A DNA stretch of 64,000 nt from Eubacteriales bacterium (GCA_045531135.1 JAZSDL010000018.1:15598-79597), one strand, 5' to 3'. Counted from the stretch's first letter, positions 34,977 through 45,862 are shown. Notes: a model not told the origin generated them from the letters alone. Translations and numbers: made by a program.

Positions 34977-35402
34977 TTAGTCAACAACTACGACGCCCAT
35001 ACTGCGTGCAGTACCTGCGACCATGCTCATAGCTGCCTCGATAGAAGCTGCATTGAGGTCGGGCATCTTGGTTTCGGCGATCTTTCTTACCTGTTCCTTG
35101 GTGATCTGAGCCACCTTGTTGGACTGAGGTACACCGGAACCCTTTTCAATACCGCATGCCTTCTTTATAAGAACTGCTGCGGGGGGAGTCTTGGTGATGA
35201 AGCTGAAGGTTCTGTCAGCGTAAACAGTGATAACAACGGGGATGATAAGACCGATGTCATTCTTGGTACGCTCGTTAAATTCCTTCGTGAACATAGGGAT
35301 AGCTACACCGTACTGACCGAGTGCGGGACCGATAGGGGGCTGGGGAGTAGCTTTACCTGCGGGGATCTGAAGCTTGATATAGCCGACTACTTTCTTTGCC
35401 AT
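34977..35402 (-). CDS. rplK: 50S ribosomal protein L11
   Basis: [30 protein letters not shown]. The ORF-track N-terminal extension is rejected. Confidence 0.95.
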   Translation of the reverse strand: MAKKVVGYIKLQIPAGKATPQPPIGPALGQYGVAIPMFTKEFNERTKNDIGLIIPVVITVYADRTFSFITKTPPAAVLIKKACGIEKGSGVPQSNKVAQITKEQVRKIAETKMPDLNAASIEAAMSMVAGTARSMGVVVVD

Positions 35403-35519
35403 AATTAATAAGCACCTCCATGTGGTAATTTGATTTCGGGATCGTGTCCCTCCCACTTTTCCGCGTATTCAGCGGATGTGTTTTCGGTTGGCAATTACCC
35501 AAAACACGTGTTTTTCAGA

Positions 35520-36056
35520 TTATTCTTCGATTGCAGCAACCTGGTTGCTGTCAAGCTCTACCTTGGTTTCGCGTCCGAACAGGGATGCGGATACCTTTAC
35601 CTTCTTCATATCGGGCGAGATCTCCTCGACCAAGCCGATAAATCCGGACAAAGGACCGTCCATAATACGAACGTTGTCACCGACAGAGAACTTGATTTCA
35701 ATGGTTCTTACCTCAACACCCATTCTTATAACTTCCTCGTCCGTAAGAGGAACGGGGCGCGATCCGGGACCGACAAAGCCGGTAACACCGGTGGTGTTGC
35801 GGATGATGTGCCATGTTTCATCGTTCATGACCATCTTAACCATTACGTAACTGGGGAACAGCTTTCTTTCGATTTCCTTTTCGCCCTTTTCGGTGGTTTC
35901 GACAACCGTTTCGACAGGGACGTTTACCGCGAGAATCAGGTCTTCAAGACCGCGGTTTTCCACGATCTTTTCGATGTTCGTGGCAACCTTGTTTTCATAG
36001 CCCGAATAGGTATGGACTACATACCAAAGCGGTGTGCTTTCCTGTGGTAAACCCAT
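35520..36056 (-). CDS. nusG: transcription termination/antitermination factor NusG
   Basis: WYVVHTYSGYENKV NGN domain and a C-terminal KOW motif (GDNVRIMDGPLSGFIG). Confidence 0.95.
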   Translation of the reverse strand: MGLPQESTPLWYVVHTYSGYENKVATNIEKIVENRGLEDLILAVNVPVETVVETTEKGEKEIERKLFPSYVMVKMVMNDETWHIIRNTTGVTGFVGPGSRPVPLTDEEVIRMGVEVRTIEIKFSVGDNVRIMDGPLSGFIGLVEEISPDMKKVKVSASLFGRETKVELDSNQVAAIEE

Positions 36057-36070
36057 AATAAACCGTTCCT

Positions 36071-36652
36071 TTATTTGTTAAAAATGTTAGCGATAAATTC
36101 GATCAACTGGGTGAAACCAAGGTCGAGAAGTGCAATTACAACAGCCGCAACGATAAGGAATACGAGAACGATTCCGGTCTGCTTTGCGGTGTCTTTGGGA
36201 GAAAGCCAAGAAACCTTCTTGATCTCACTCCAATATTCCTTGCAGAACTTCTTGATCTTCTGACCGAGTGCAGTGTTCGTCTTCGTGAGGATCCATGCAA
36301 CAAGCACGAGAACCACGATAACGATAAGAGTAATTACTCTCGCCCAAGGGAAGTTGCTAACGGATTCTTCCGTCTGTTCACTTGTGTCGCCCGCGTTGAT
36401 ATCGCCCGTAACCTCGCTCGAAGCGGTCTCGCTTGAAGCAGCTTCACTCGAAGCATCTTCACTCGAAGCATCTTCGCTCGAAGTATCCTCGCTCGAAGTA
36501 TCCTCGCTCGAAGCAACGTCGCTCGAACCATCAACTACCGATTCGGTAGATACTTCGCTCGATTCGCCCTCTGCGAGAACGGTAAGGGACAAGGTCATCG
36601 CAAGAACAACAGCAAGAATAAGGGCAAGCGATTTCATAATGTTTTTCATCAA
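36071..36652 (-). CDS. secE: preprotein translocase subunit SecE with long N-terminal signal peptide/acidic-repeat/TM extension
   Basis: The C-terminal ~65 aa (KIKKFCKEYWSEIKKVSWLSPKDTAKQT plus a TM) match SecE. The N-terminal 125 aa comprise a signal-like helix, (SSED[TA])n repeats and an extra TM. No internal start or RBS was seen. Confidence 0.8.
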   Translation of the reverse strand: MMKNIMKSLALILAVVLAMTLSLTVLAEGESSEVSTESVVDGSSDVASSEDTSSEDTSSEDASSEDASSEAASSETASSEVTGDINAGDTSEQTEESVSNFPWARVITLIVIVVLVLVAWILTKTNTALGQKIKKFCKEYWSEIKKVSWLSPKDTAKQTGIVLVFLIVAAVVIALLDLGFTQLIEFIANIFNK

Positions 36653-36662
36653 AACGCCCTCC

Positions 36663-36827
36663 TTATTTGCTTTCCTTGTGAAGAGTGTGCTTGCGGCAGA
36701 AACGGCAATACTTGTTCATCTCAAGACGATCGGGGGTATTGCTCTTGTTCTTTGCCGTGTCATAGTTTCTTTGTTTGCATTCGGTGCAAACGAGAGTTAC
36801 TTTGACTCTTTTTTCTTTACCCGCCAT
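36663..36827 (-). CDS. rpmG: 50S ribosomal protein L33
   Basis: [22 protein letters not shown]...[12 protein letters not shown] (CxxC...CxxC), 54 aa. Confidence 0.9.
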   Translation of the reverse strand: MAGKEKRVKVTLVCTECKQRNYDTAKNKSNTPDRLEMNKYCRFCRKHTLHKESK

Positions 36828-36955
36828 ATTTTTCGGCACCTCCATATTAATGTTACCTCCCTCTGCTTTGCAAGAGCTCCTTTGCTGCACGCATCGGGCG
36901 GAAATCGTAAACCCGAACGCATAACAAAAAGACCTCAAACAACAGAGGTACGGCT

Positions 36956-36984
36956 ATTTTAACAGATTTTGAAACCGTTGTCAA
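36956..36984 (-). promoter_or_regulatory. promoter of rpmG-secE-nusG (TTGACA-17-TAAAAT)
   Basis: Hexamers on the minus strand at 36984-36979 and 36961-36956. Confidence 0.5.
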
Positions 36985-37087
36985 TAGTTTTAAGCCAAAA
37001 AAGCTGACATATAATAAAGAACATTTGAATTAAAAAGAGGATTTTCACCGAATATGGCAAAAATCCTCCGAAATGACATGTATTAGG

Positions 37088-37513
37088 TTAATCCTCAAGC
37101 ATAGCCACGCGCTTGTCGTGCCTTCCGCCTTCGTATTCGGTGTTCAAAAAAATATCTGCAAGCTTAATCGCCTTTTCGCAATCAATAACACGTCCGCCGA
37201 GGCATAGAACGTTGGTGTTGTTGTGACGTCTGGTCATTTCCGCGGAAAACTCGTCGGATAAAACAGCCGCGCGAATACCCTTTACCTTGTTTGCGGCAAT
37301 AGACATACCTATGCCGGTGCCGCAGCAAAGGATACCCTTTTCGCATCTGCCCTCGGTGATTTCCTTGCAGAGCGCTTTTGCGTATACCGGATAATCAACC
37401 GAATCCGTAGTGTTCGTGCCGAGATCAACGTATTCGATCCCTTTTTTCTTAAGATCCTCGATAATGGCGTTCTTGATATCAAGTCCGCCGTGGTCACAAG
37501 CAAGTGCTATCAT
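37088..37513 (-). CDS. rpiB: ribose-5-phosphate isomerase B
   Basis: IALACDHGG, CGTGIGMSIAANK, GGRHDKRV. 141 aa. Confidence 0.92.
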   Translation of the reverse strand: MIALACDHGGLDIKNAIIEDLKKKGIEYVDLGTNTTDSVDYPVYAKALCKEITEGRCEKGILCCGTGIGMSIAANKVKGIRAAVLSDEFSAEMTRRHNNTNVLCLGGRVIDCEKAIKLADIFLNTEYEGGRHDKRVAMLED

Positions 37514-37550
37514 TTTTTATGTTTCCTTTCGGGTTTTATATTTTGGATTT

Positions 37551-38246
37551 TTATTTTGCGTTTTTCTCGCGTTCAAGCTTTTCGCGCTCTGCCTGCGGCA
37601 TTCGTAAATATACGGGCTGAAGCTCCTTTGCCGCGGTTGTCTCTCCGCGCATAAATTTTTCGTATCCTATCAGCGCGACCGAAAGCGCGTTCTGGTCGGC
37701 GGAAACGTAGGAGGCAGGGAATACGTTTGCCGCATCTCCGCACATCGAAACAAACTTTTCCATTCCGTCTCCGCAAACGGTTACGTCGGGCAGATTTTTG
37801 ATCTCGTCAAAAATCTCGTCAAACCCCTTTGCGCTGTCATCGGTAATTCTCTGTCCGCCCTTGAATAACGCGGTGTAAAACTGATCTCTGCGCGCATCCA
37901 TAACCGGCAAAACATATCCTCTTCCGACATTTTTCGCCATCGCCTCAAGCGATGAAACGGCAACACAGGGCTTGTTGTCGGCGAATGCCAGCCCCTTGAC
38001 CGTCGATGCGCCTATGCGCACTCCCGTAAACGAGCCGGGGCCCGCGCTGACAGCAAAAAGGGCCATATCGCAAACCTTCGCGCCGTATTGCGCAAGTGCA
38101 TTTTCGAGCAACGGAAGCAATATTTCGCTGTGGGTGAGCTTGTTTTTGACGGTAAAAAGCGAGTATGTGATCAGCTTGCCGTCGTTGATTTCGGCTACGG
38201 CACAGGATGCCGTAACTGCCGTACTGTCGAGTGCCGCAATCAGCAT
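37551..38246 (-). CDS. tsaB: tRNA t6A biosynthesis protein TsaB
   Basis: MLIAALDSTA...GPGSFTGVRIG. 231 aa. Overlaps the tsaE stop. Confidence 0.9.
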   Translation of the reverse strand: MLIAALDSTAVTASCAVAEINDGKLITYSLFTVKNKLTHSEILLPLLENALAQYGAKVCDMALFAVSAGPGSFTGVRIGASTVKGLAFADNKPCVAVSSLEAMAKNVGRGYVLPVMDARRDQFYTALFKGGQRITDDSAKGFDEIFDEIKNLPDVTVCGDGMEKFVSMCGDAANVFPASYVSADQNALSVALIGYEKFMRGETTAAKELQPVYLRMPQAEREKLEREKNAK

Positions 38247-38659
38247 AACGTAAACCTCCGTTCGTTTTCTCCTATGTTTTCGATCTTTAGCTTTATTGCG
38301 TTTTCGGGAACAGAATCCTCAAAAAGCTCGGTCCATTCGGTCACCGTGATACCGCCCTGCTCGATGTAATCGTAAAAACCGGTAGAATACAGATCGTCCT
38401 CATCGGTCAGACGGTAAAGATCGAAATGGAAAATACTTATTTCGTTTCCGCGATATTCGTTAACTATCGCAAAGGTAGGGGAGTGTACCAGCTCAAGACA
38501 TTCGGGACAAAGCGCCTTTACCAGCCCGCGCACAAATGCCGTTTTGCCTGCGCCCATACCGCCGTATAATGCGAGAAAACCGCCTTTTTCGAGCCGTTTT
38601 GCAATTATCTCGGCAACCGCCTCGGTTTCGGCTATGCTGTGTGAAGTATAAAATTCCAT
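38240..38659 (-). CDS. tsaE: tRNA t6A biosynthesis ATPase TsaE
   Basis: P-loop GGMGAGKT, SPTFAIVNEY, HFDLYR. Confidence 0.9.
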   Translation of the reverse strand: MEFYTSHSIAETEAVAEIIAKRLEKGGFLALYGGMGAGKTAFVRGLVKALCPECLELVHSPTFAIVNEYRGNEISIFHFDLYRLTDEDDLYSTGFYDYIEQGGITVTEWTELFEDSVPENAIKLKIENIGENERRFTLC

Positions 38660-38674
38660 AATATATCCTTGTAG

Positions 38675-39994
38675 CTATTCGTTTCCGATAATGGTCTTCA
38701 AAATAACCTTGTGTTGCTTGGGCGGATTATCTCCGATAGAGACCGCTTTGAACAGGTATTCCATACCCAACTGTGCGCGCTCGAGCGATTTTGCCTGAAG
38801 CGTTGCCAACGCTTCGCCTTCTTCGATTCTGTCACCGATGCGCTTGTTGAGAATAATACCTGCCGAATGGTCGATCCTTGCGCCCATAACCTCGCGTCCT
38901 GCTCCGAGGACCGCGGCGGCCTTGCCGACCTTCATGGCATCTATCTTTGTTATGTATCCGCTCTTTTCGGCAACGAGCATTGCTGTAACGTTGCTTTCTT
39001 CAAACAGGGATGTGTCATAGATATACCGCTTGTCGCCGCCGAGATGTTCAACAAGCTCGGCAAGCTTATCAAGCGCACTGCCGTCGTAGATTGTTTCCTC
39101 GGCAATGGCAACACATTCCTCATAGGTGCCTGCGTTTGCGATAAAGAGCATGTTTGCCGCAATTGCAATGCTTAGTTCGGTCAGACGCTCGTCGCCTCTG
39201 CCCTCAAGAACACGGATCGCCTCGATAAGCTCAACGCTGTTTCCCACAGCCGAGCCCAACGGACAGGACATATCGGTGATAAGCGCAACGGTTTTGCGTT
39301 GCTCTCTTGCGCCGATGCGCACCATCAGACGCGCCAATTCCTCCGCATCTCTTAAGGTCTTGCAAAAGGAACCGCTGCCGCATTTGACGTCAAGCACTAT
39401 ACATTCGTTACCCGATGCGAGCTTCTTGCTCATTACGCTTGCCGCAATAAGCGGTATGCAGTTTGCAGTGCCCGTAACGTCGCGCATTGCCGAAAGTATG
39501 CTGTCGGCAGGCGCCAAGCGCTTGCTTTGTCCCGCAATGCAGAATCCGAGCTCGGAAACCGTATTTTCAAACTCGTCGGCAGAGATTTCGGTGTTTACAC
39601 CGGCACATGCCTCAAGCTTGTCAAGCGTTCCGCCTGTAAATCCAAGTCCGCGGCCCGCCATTTTCGGAACGTAAATGCCCTTGTCGGCGGCGGCAACTAT
39701 CGGACCGACAATAAGCGATACCTTGTCTCCGACACCGCCGGTGGAATGTTTATCAACCTTTTTGCCCTTGACCTTCGGAAGCGCGTTCGTTTCGCCGCTG
39801 TCGGCAAGACATTCGGTGAGTGTTATCGTTTCCTCCTCGGTCATTCCCTTAAACCAGATCGCCATCAAAAGTGCAGAGATTTGGTAATCGGGAATAGATC
39901 CGTCGGTAACTCCCTTTACAAAAAACGCAATTTCTTCTTCGTTCAATTCACGTCCGTCCTGCTTTTTTGTAATAATTTCCTGCATTTTAAGCAT
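38675..39994 (-). CDS. pdp: pyrimidine-nucleoside (thymidine) phosphorylase, copy 1
   Basis: DKHSTGGVGDK, GRGLGFTGGTLDKLE, SIMSKKLA. 439 aa. Confidence 0.92.
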   Translation of the reverse strand: MLKMQEIITKKQDGRELNEEEIAFFVKGVTDGSIPDYQISALLMAIWFKGMTEEETITLTECLADSGETNALPKVKGKKVDKHSTGGVGDKVSLIVGPIVAAADKGIYVPKMAGRGLGFTGGTLDKLEACAGVNTEISADEFENTVSELGFCIAGQSKRLAPADSILSAMRDVTGTANCIPLIAASVMSKKLASGNECIVLDVKCGSGSFCKTLRDAEELARLMVRIGAREQRKTVALITDMSCPLGSAVGNSVELIEAIRVLEGRGDERLTELSIAIAANMLFIANAGTYEECVAIAEETIYDGSALDKLAELVEHLGGDKRYIYDTSLFEESNVTAMLVAEKSGYITKIDAMKVGKAAAVLGAGREVMGARIDHSAGIILNKRIGDRIEEGEALATLQAKSLERAQLGMEYLFKAVSIGDNPPKQHKVILKTIIGNE

Positions 39995-41168
39995 TGATCT
40001 CGCCTCCTTTTAACAGCTTCAAAAAGCTTGTTCCGTAAAAATCGTTGTCTATATCAAAGTTTTCGCAAACGGTTTTTGCGATACAGGTGTAGCTGTCAAA
40101 CCCGCCTGCATCAATACCGATAAGTCCCTTGCAATAAGCAAGCAACGGTATGTTTTCTCTTGTATGGTCGGTGCCGGCAAACATCGGATCACAGCCGTGA
40201 TCGGCGGTGATGATTATAAGATCGTCATCGCGCATTTTATCAATAAATTTGCCCAGAGTGCTGTCAAAATGCATCAACGCATCCGCATAGCCGTTCACGT
40301 CGTTGCGGTGACCGTATACCGAGTCAAAATCGACCAGATTCACAAAGCAAAGACCGTCAAAATCGCTTTCCAGCTTTGCAAGAAGCAAATCCTCGCCCTC
40401 GTTGTTGTTCTTGGTCGGGTTGCTTTCGGTCACGCCCTGCGCGGCAAAAATATCGTTTATCTTTCCTATCGAAATAACGTCGTATCCGTAATTCTTCAAA
40501 AGGTCGAGCATGGTCGCTCCATAAGGCGCGAGCGAATAATCGTGCCTTCCTCCCGTGCGGTAATAACCGCCGCTGTTACTCGAAAAAGGCCTTGCAATAA
40601 CGCGCCCTACGGCGTGCTCGCCCTTTAATATTCTGCGCGCGCTCTTGCACAGGGCGTACAGCTTATCAAGCGGAATAATATCCTCGTGCGCCGCTATCTG
40701 AAAAACACTGTCTGCCGAGGTGTATACGATCGGCTTGCCTGTTTTTATATGCTCGTCGCCGTAGTCCTTTATTACCTCTGTGCCGGAGTAGGGGAGATTG
40801 CAAAGTATCTCAACCCCGTTTTCCCTGCAAAATTCGTCAATGATCTCGCTCGGAAAACCGTTCGGATATGTCGGCAACGGCGATTCGGAAATAAGCCCCG
40901 CTATTTCCCAATGACCTACCGTTGTGTCCTTGCCGTTGCTCTTTTCCTCGGCGTAGCCGTACAGACCTGTCGGCTTTTCGCATCCGAAATCGGTCAATTC
41001 GGCACGCTTTATGTTAAATAAACCCAATTTCGTAAGATTCGGCAGGTAAGGCGAGGCGGTCATAACGCTCTTTAATGTGTGTGCACCGAGATCGCCGAAT
41101 CTGTCCGCATCGACAGCGTGACCTATTCCCAAGCTGTCCAGCACTACCAAAAACACTCTTTTGAACAT
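39987..41168 (-). CDS. deoB: phosphopentomutase
   Basis: VVLDSLGIG, NLVDFD..YGHRND, TADHGCDP. 393 aa. Confidence 0.93.
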   Translation of the reverse strand: MFKRVFLVVLDSLGIGHAVDADRFGDLGAHTLKSVMTASPYLPNLTKLGLFNIKRAELTDFGCEKPTGLYGYAEEKSNGKDTTVGHWEIAGLISESPLPTYPNGFPSEIIDEFCRENGVEILCNLPYSGTEVIKDYGDEHIKTGKPIVYTSADSVFQIAAHEDIIPLDKLYALCKSARRILKGEHAVGRVIARPFSSNSGGYYRTGGRHDYSLAPYGATMLDLLKNYGYDVISIGKINDIFAAQGVTESNPTKNNNEGEDLLLAKLESDFDGLCFVNLVDFDSVYGHRNDVNGYADALMHFDSTLGKFIDKMRDDDLIIITADHGCDPMFAGTDHTRENIPLLAYCKGLIGIDAGGFDSYTCIAKTVCENFDIDNDFYGTSFLKLLKGGEINA

Positions 41169-41395
41169 GACCGATATCCTCCTTTTGCCGTATTGTTACA
41201 CTTATTCACAATCATTATACCAAATCGCCGTGCGATAGTCAATATTTAATAACGAACGCAATAAACAAAAAAGTCCGCGAAAACGGACTTTTGAGCAAAT
41301 AAGGAGATTTTGAAAAAACGCGAGAGAAAGACTTTTTAAAAAATTTTTCTCTCGCGTTGAAAACCAATATGCAATTTGGTTGAGAGCGCAGCGGC

Positions 41396-43498
41396 TTAAA
41401 TATCCTCTACAACGTCAAGAGCATCTTTTCTCGAAAGATTCAATCTGCCCTTTTCGTCGATCTCGGAAACGATGACCTTAATGGTGTCTCCGATCGAAAC
41501 TACGTCTTCAACCTTCGCTACACGCTTTTTGTCGAGCTGCGAAATGTGTACAAGACCTTCCTTACCGGGAGCGATCTCGACAAATGCGCCGAAGTTCATG
41601 ATTCTGGTAACGGTGCCGTAGAATATTTCGCCGGGTTCGGGATCCTTTGCAATGGCTTCGATTATCTTCAATGCTTTGTATGCGTTGTCCTTGTTTACTG
41701 CGGCGATGAATACGCTGCCGTCGTCCTCGATGTCGATCTTGGAATCGGTGTCGGCACAGATCTTCTGGATGACCTTACCGCCGGAGCCGATGACCTCACG
41801 GATCTTTTCGGGATCGATCTTGGTGGATATCATCTTGGGAGCGTACTGAGAAACGTCGTCTCTCGGCTCTGCGATGCACTTGGTGATAACGTCATCAAGT
41901 ATCATATTTCTGCCTGCGTGCGTGGTAACGAGCGCCTGCTTGATGATCTCGGGGGTAAGACCGTCGATCTTAAGGTCCATCTGGATGCTGGTGATACCCT
42001 TCTTGGTGCCTGCGACCTTAAAGTCCATATCGCCGAAGAAGTCCTCGAGACCTTGGATGTCGATCATGGTGTCCCAGCTGTCGCCCTCGGTGACAAGGCC
42101 GCAGGAAATACCTGCAACAGGTGCCTTTATCGGAACGCCTGCGTCCATAAGCGCAAGGGTAGAGCCGCAAACCGATGCCTGCGAGGTGGAACCGTTGGAG
42201 GAAACGACCTCACTTACCAAACGGATAGCGTAGGGGAACTCCTCAACAGAGGGGAGCACGGGAACGAGCGAACGCTCTGCCAATGCACCGTGGCCGATCT
42301 CACGTCTGCCGGGGCTTCTTGCCGCCTTTGCTTCGCCTACCGAGTAACCGGGCATGTTGTAGTGGTGCATATATCTCTTGGTTTCTTCCTCGTCAATACC
42401 GTCGAGAAGCTGTGCTTCGCTAACGGGTGCAAGGGTTGCAATGGTAAGGACCTGTGTCTGACCTCTGGTGAACAAGCCCGAGCCGTGAGTGCGGGGGAGC
42501 AAGCCGACCTGAGCATCGAGAGGACGGATCTCGTCCATTCTTCTGCCGTCAACACGCTTCTTTTCGTCGAGCAACCATCTGCGTACGATCTTCTTCTGGA
42601 GCTTGTAAAGGCACTCGTCGATCATTGCCTTGCTGTCGGGATATTCCTCCTCAAGCTCGGTGTATACACGCTCGTAAATGGGCTGAAGTGCCGCGTCACG
42701 AACTCTTTTGTCATCGGTATCGAGCGCAACCTTAACGTCCTCGCCGACCATTGCCTCGATCTTGTCAAACATATCGTGGTCAACGTCGCAAGCGGGATAT
42801 TCAAACTTCGGCTTGCCGATAGATGCCTTGATATCCTCGATGAAAGCAACCAACGGCTTGATCGCCTCGTGTGCCTTCATGATTGCCTCGTACATGGTGT
42901 CGTCGTCAACCTCGTTAGCGCCTGCCTCGATCATAACGACCTTCTTTGCGCTGCCGGCAACGGTGAGCTCGAGATCGCTCTTTGCTCTCTGCTCGGCGGT
43001 GGGGTTGATAACGATCTTGCCGTCAACAAGACCTACAAACACGCCTGCAATAGGTCCGTTCCAGGGAATGTTGGAAATAGAAAGCGCGATAGATGCACCG
43101 ATCATAGCCGAGATCTCGGGCGAGCAATCGGGGTCTACCGACATAACTGTAAGCGAGATAACAACGTCGTTTCTGAGATCCTTGGGGAAAAGAGGACGGA
43201 TAGGTCTGTCGATAACGCGCGATGCAAGGATAGCGTGCTCGGTGGGACGTCCCTCGCGTCTGTTCCAGCTGCCGGGGATCTTACCTGCGGCGTAAAGACG
43301 CTCCTCGTAGTCAACCGAGAGGGGAAGGAAGTCGATTCCGTCTCTGGGTGCGGCGGACATGGTTGCGTTGGCAAGCACTGCGGTTTCACCGTAGCGAACC
43401 AGGCACGAGCCGCCTGCCAATTGGCAAAGCTTGCCGGTCTCGATAACCAAAGGTCTGCCGGCTAATTCGTAGCTGAATGTCTTGAAATTCTCAAACAT
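41396..43498 (-). CDS. pnp: polyribonucleotide nucleotidyltransferase (PNPase)
   Basis: 700 aa with two RNase PH domains, a KH domain and S1 (GTVTRIMNFGAFVEI). Confidence 0.97.
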   Translation of the reverse strand: MFENFKTFSYELAGRPLVIETGKLCQLAGGSCLVRYGETAVLANATMSAAPRDGIDFLPLSVDYEERLYAAGKIPGSWNRREGRPTEHAILASRVIDRPIRPLFPKDLRNDVVISLTVMSVDPDCSPEISAMIGASIALSISNIPWNGPIAGVFVGLVDGKIVINPTAEQRAKSDLELTVAGSAKKVVMIEAGANEVDDDTMYEAIMKAHEAIKPLVAFIEDIKASIGKPKFEYPACDVDHDMFDKIEAMVGEDVKVALDTDDKRVRDAALQPIYERVYTELEEEYPDSKAMIDECLYKLQKKIVRRWLLDEKKRVDGRRMDEIRPLDAQVGLLPRTHGSGLFTRGQTQVLTIATLAPVSEAQLLDGIDEEETKRYMHHYNMPGYSVGEAKAARSPGRREIGHGALAERSLVPVLPSVEEFPYAIRLVSEVVSSNGSTSQASVCGSTLALMDAGVPIKAPVAGISCGLVTEGDSWDTMIDIQGLEDFFGDMDFKVAGTKKGITSIQMDLKIDGLTPEIIKQALVTTHAGRNMILDDVITKCIAEPRDDVSQYAPKMISTKIDPEKIREVIGSGGKVIQKICADTDSKIDIEDDGSVFIAAVNKDNAYKALKIIEAIAKDPEPGEIFYGTVTRIMNFGAFVEIAPGKEGLVHISQLDKKRVAKVEDVVSIGDTIKVIVSEIDEKGRLNLSRKDALDVVEDI

Positions 43499-43727
43499 TT
43501 TCTTTTTTCCTTTCTTTTTGTAAAAATATCTGAAAGGAATCAGGGAAGTTTAACACTTAACTCTATACCGGAAAAACGTCTTCGGTACACAGTTAATTGC
43601 TAAACCGCCCGAGTCCTTTGCTTTAACTGTTTTTCGCTTTAGCAGGGATAGCTTGCCTTTGCGGACAAACACCTCGGAGATCATAAAATGAAAACCGAGG
43701 TGATGAACACAAAGCAAAAACTTGTAA

Positions 43728-43994
43728 TTACTTACGGATACCGCAACGCTCGATGATAGAACGGTAGCGCTCGATGTCGTTCTTCATAAGATAGTTCAAG
43801 AACTTTCTTCTCTTACCGATCATCTGCTGCATACCTCTGCGCGAGTGGTTGTCCTTGGGGTTCTTCTTCAAGTGCTCGGTGAGCTCGCTGATTCTCTTGG
43901 AGAGGATAGCGATCTGTACCTCGGGCGAGCCGGTGTCGCCTTCGTGTACTGCGAATTCCTTGATGATGTTCTGCTTGTTTTCCTTAGTGATCAT
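43728..43994 (-). CDS. rpsO: 30S ribosomal protein S15
   Basis: [28 protein letters not shown] 43994 lies 8 nt after AGGTGA. Upstream promoter TTTACA-17-TATATT at 44159-44131 leaves a ~130-nt structured leader. Confidence 0.95.
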   Translation of the reverse strand: MITKENKQNIIKEFAVHEGDTGSPEVQIAILSKRISELTEHLKKNPKDNHSRRGMQQMIGKRRKFLNYLMKNDIERYRSIIERCGIRK

Positions 43995-44439
43995 TTTCTT
44001 TTTCACCTTTCTTAAAAAATATTTTTCGGGACAAACTCGGCAAACGGCCGGTGAAATCGTGCCTCAGGCCCGCGTACCCGCAAACCGTGTATGTCCTATC
44101 GAATGGGCAGGAAAATCCACATTCCCCATTAATATACCACAGCCGCGCCCGTTTGTAAACCCCTTTTTTAAATTTTTTGCGACTTATTTTCTAAATCTTG
44201 CGTATCCTAACCAAAATAACAATAGCATGATTGCTTTTTGCGGTTCGTATTCGGGGTGATATCGGATGATCGCTTCGGCGGAACGGGCTGAAAACGTTTT
44301 GTGTCAAATATACAATAACTCCGTGCTCGATGCAATAATATATATATTAAAGTAGAAAATTCGGTTTTTGCGTATTTTCCCTTGATTTTGGAAATAAAAA
44401 ATGTTAATATATGCTTAACATATTAAAATCGGGTGTATT

Positions 44440-44628
44440 ATGGTTATCGATATCTTAAAAAAACATCAAAAAACCTTGTTTGCCGTCTTTGCCGCAACGG
44501 TGCTTTCTGCATTGATGCTTGCCTTTGTGCTCGCCTTCCGTGCGGGGCTCTTGCCGTTTGTTGCCGACGGCGATGCTTTTGATACCATATACGCTATTGA
44601 AGAATCTGTTGAAGAAACAATAAACTAA
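44440..44628 (+). CDS. hypothetical small membrane protein
   Basis: 62 aa with one TM helix, ending 13 nt before glgC. No recognisable family. Confidence 0.4.
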   Translation: MVIDILKKHQKTLFAVFAATVLSALMLAFVLAFRAGLLPFVADGDAFDTIYAIEESVEETIN

Positions 44629-44641
44629 ACGGAGAGAAACT

Positions 44642-45862
44642 ATGATCACAAAGAAAGAAACCGTTGCGATGCTTCTTGCCGGCGGACAGGGAAGCCGACT
44701 TCACCTGCTCACCGAGCGCATTGCCAAGCCCGCCGTTCCCTTTGGCGGAAAGTACAGAATTATTGATTTTCCTCTCTCAAACTGCATCAACTCGGGTATC
44801 GACACCGTCGGTGTTCTCACACAGTATCAGCCGCTTGCTCTTAATGAGTATATCGGCAACGGTCAACCGTGGGATCTCGACCGTACCTACGGCGGTGTAA
44901 CCACACTTCCTCCGTATCAGGCGCAAAAGCGCGCCGATTGGTATAAGGGCACCGCTAACGCTATTTATCAGAATATTCAGTTTATCGACAAGTTCGATCC
45001 CGATTACGTCGTTATCCTTTCGGGCGACCATATTTACAAAATGGACTATGCCGAAATGATCGAGAATCATAAAAAGAACGGTGCCGATTGCACTATAGCG
45101 GTTTTCGATGTTCCTCTTTCCGAGGCGAGCCGCTTCGGTATTATGATCACCGATGATGAGATGCGCATAACCGAATTTATGGAAAAACCCAAGGAGCCAA
45201 AGAGCACAAAGGCCTCTATGGGTGTTTATGTGTTCAATAAAGATAAGCTCTTTTCTTACCTCGAGGCAGATGAGGCAGACGAAAACAGTGCAAAGGACTT
45301 CGGTAAAAATATTATTCCCGCTATGCTCAAGGCGGGCGAAAAGCTTTATGCCTTTGAGTTCTCGGGCTATTGGAAGGACGTCGGAACCATCGATTCGCTC
45401 TGGGAGGCAAACATGGATCTTCTCGGCGACCGTCCCGCGCTTCCTCTCAAGGACAGAGAGTGGCGCATACTTTCCCGTAACGATGCTATGCCGCCTCACT
45501 TTGTCGGTCATAGCGCGGTTATCAGCAACTCTGTTGTTACCGAGGGCTGTGAGATCTACGGTACGGTAATAAACTCGGTTCTTTCTGCGGGCGTTACTGT
45601 TGAAAAGGGCGCGACCGTGCGTGACAGCGTTATTCTCGGTAACGTAACAGTCAAGGCGGATGCCACCGTCGATTACTCGGTTATCGATTCCGATACGGTA
45701 GTCGGCAAGGGCGCGACCGTAGGTAAAGAAATGGTATTCTCAAAGGGCATTACACTTGTCGGCGGCGGACTTAATATCCCCGAAAACGTAAACGTACCCG
45801 ACGGTGTAATCTGCGATAAAGCGATGCTTGCTCAGCTCGCATCGGAAAAGGGGGCTAAATAA
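44642..45862 (+). CDS. glgC: glucose-1-phosphate adenylyltransferase
   Basis: [28 protein letters not shown]. 406 aa. Confidence 0.95.
   Translation: MITKKETVAMLLAGGQGSRLHLLTERIAKPAVPFGGKYRIIDFPLSNCINSGIDTVGVLTQYQPLALNEYIGNGQPWDLDRTYGGVTTLPPYQAQKRADWYKGTANAIYQNIQFIDKFDPDYVVILSGDHIYKMDYAEMIENHKKNGADCTIAVFDVPLSEASRFGIMITDDEMRITEFMEKPKEPKSTKASMGVYVFNKDKLFSYLEADEADENSAKDFGKNIIPAMLKAGEKLYAFEFSGYWKDVGTIDSLWEANMDLLGDRPALPLKDREWRILSRNDAMPPHFVGHSAVISNSVVTEGCEIYGTVINSVLSAGVTVEKGATVRDSVILGNVTVKADATVDYSVIDSDTVVGKGATVGKEMVFSKGITLVGGGLNIPENVNVPDGVICDKAMLAQLASEKGAK

Noticed and set aside
36273-36962. 229-aa plus-strand ORF with SLEA/SSLE repeats, and the idea that the 15-bp tandem repeats are a CRISPR-like array
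   Set aside because: The ORF is antisense to secE and rpmG. The repeats are contiguous 15-mers without spacers and encode the Ser/Glu/Asp tract of the SecE extension, so this is not a CRISPR.
41546-43465. 639-aa plus-strand ORF
   Set aside because: It is entirely antisense to pnp, whose identity is unambiguous. The translation is Gly/Val/Leu/Asp/Cys-rich and matches no family, which makes it a shadow ORF.
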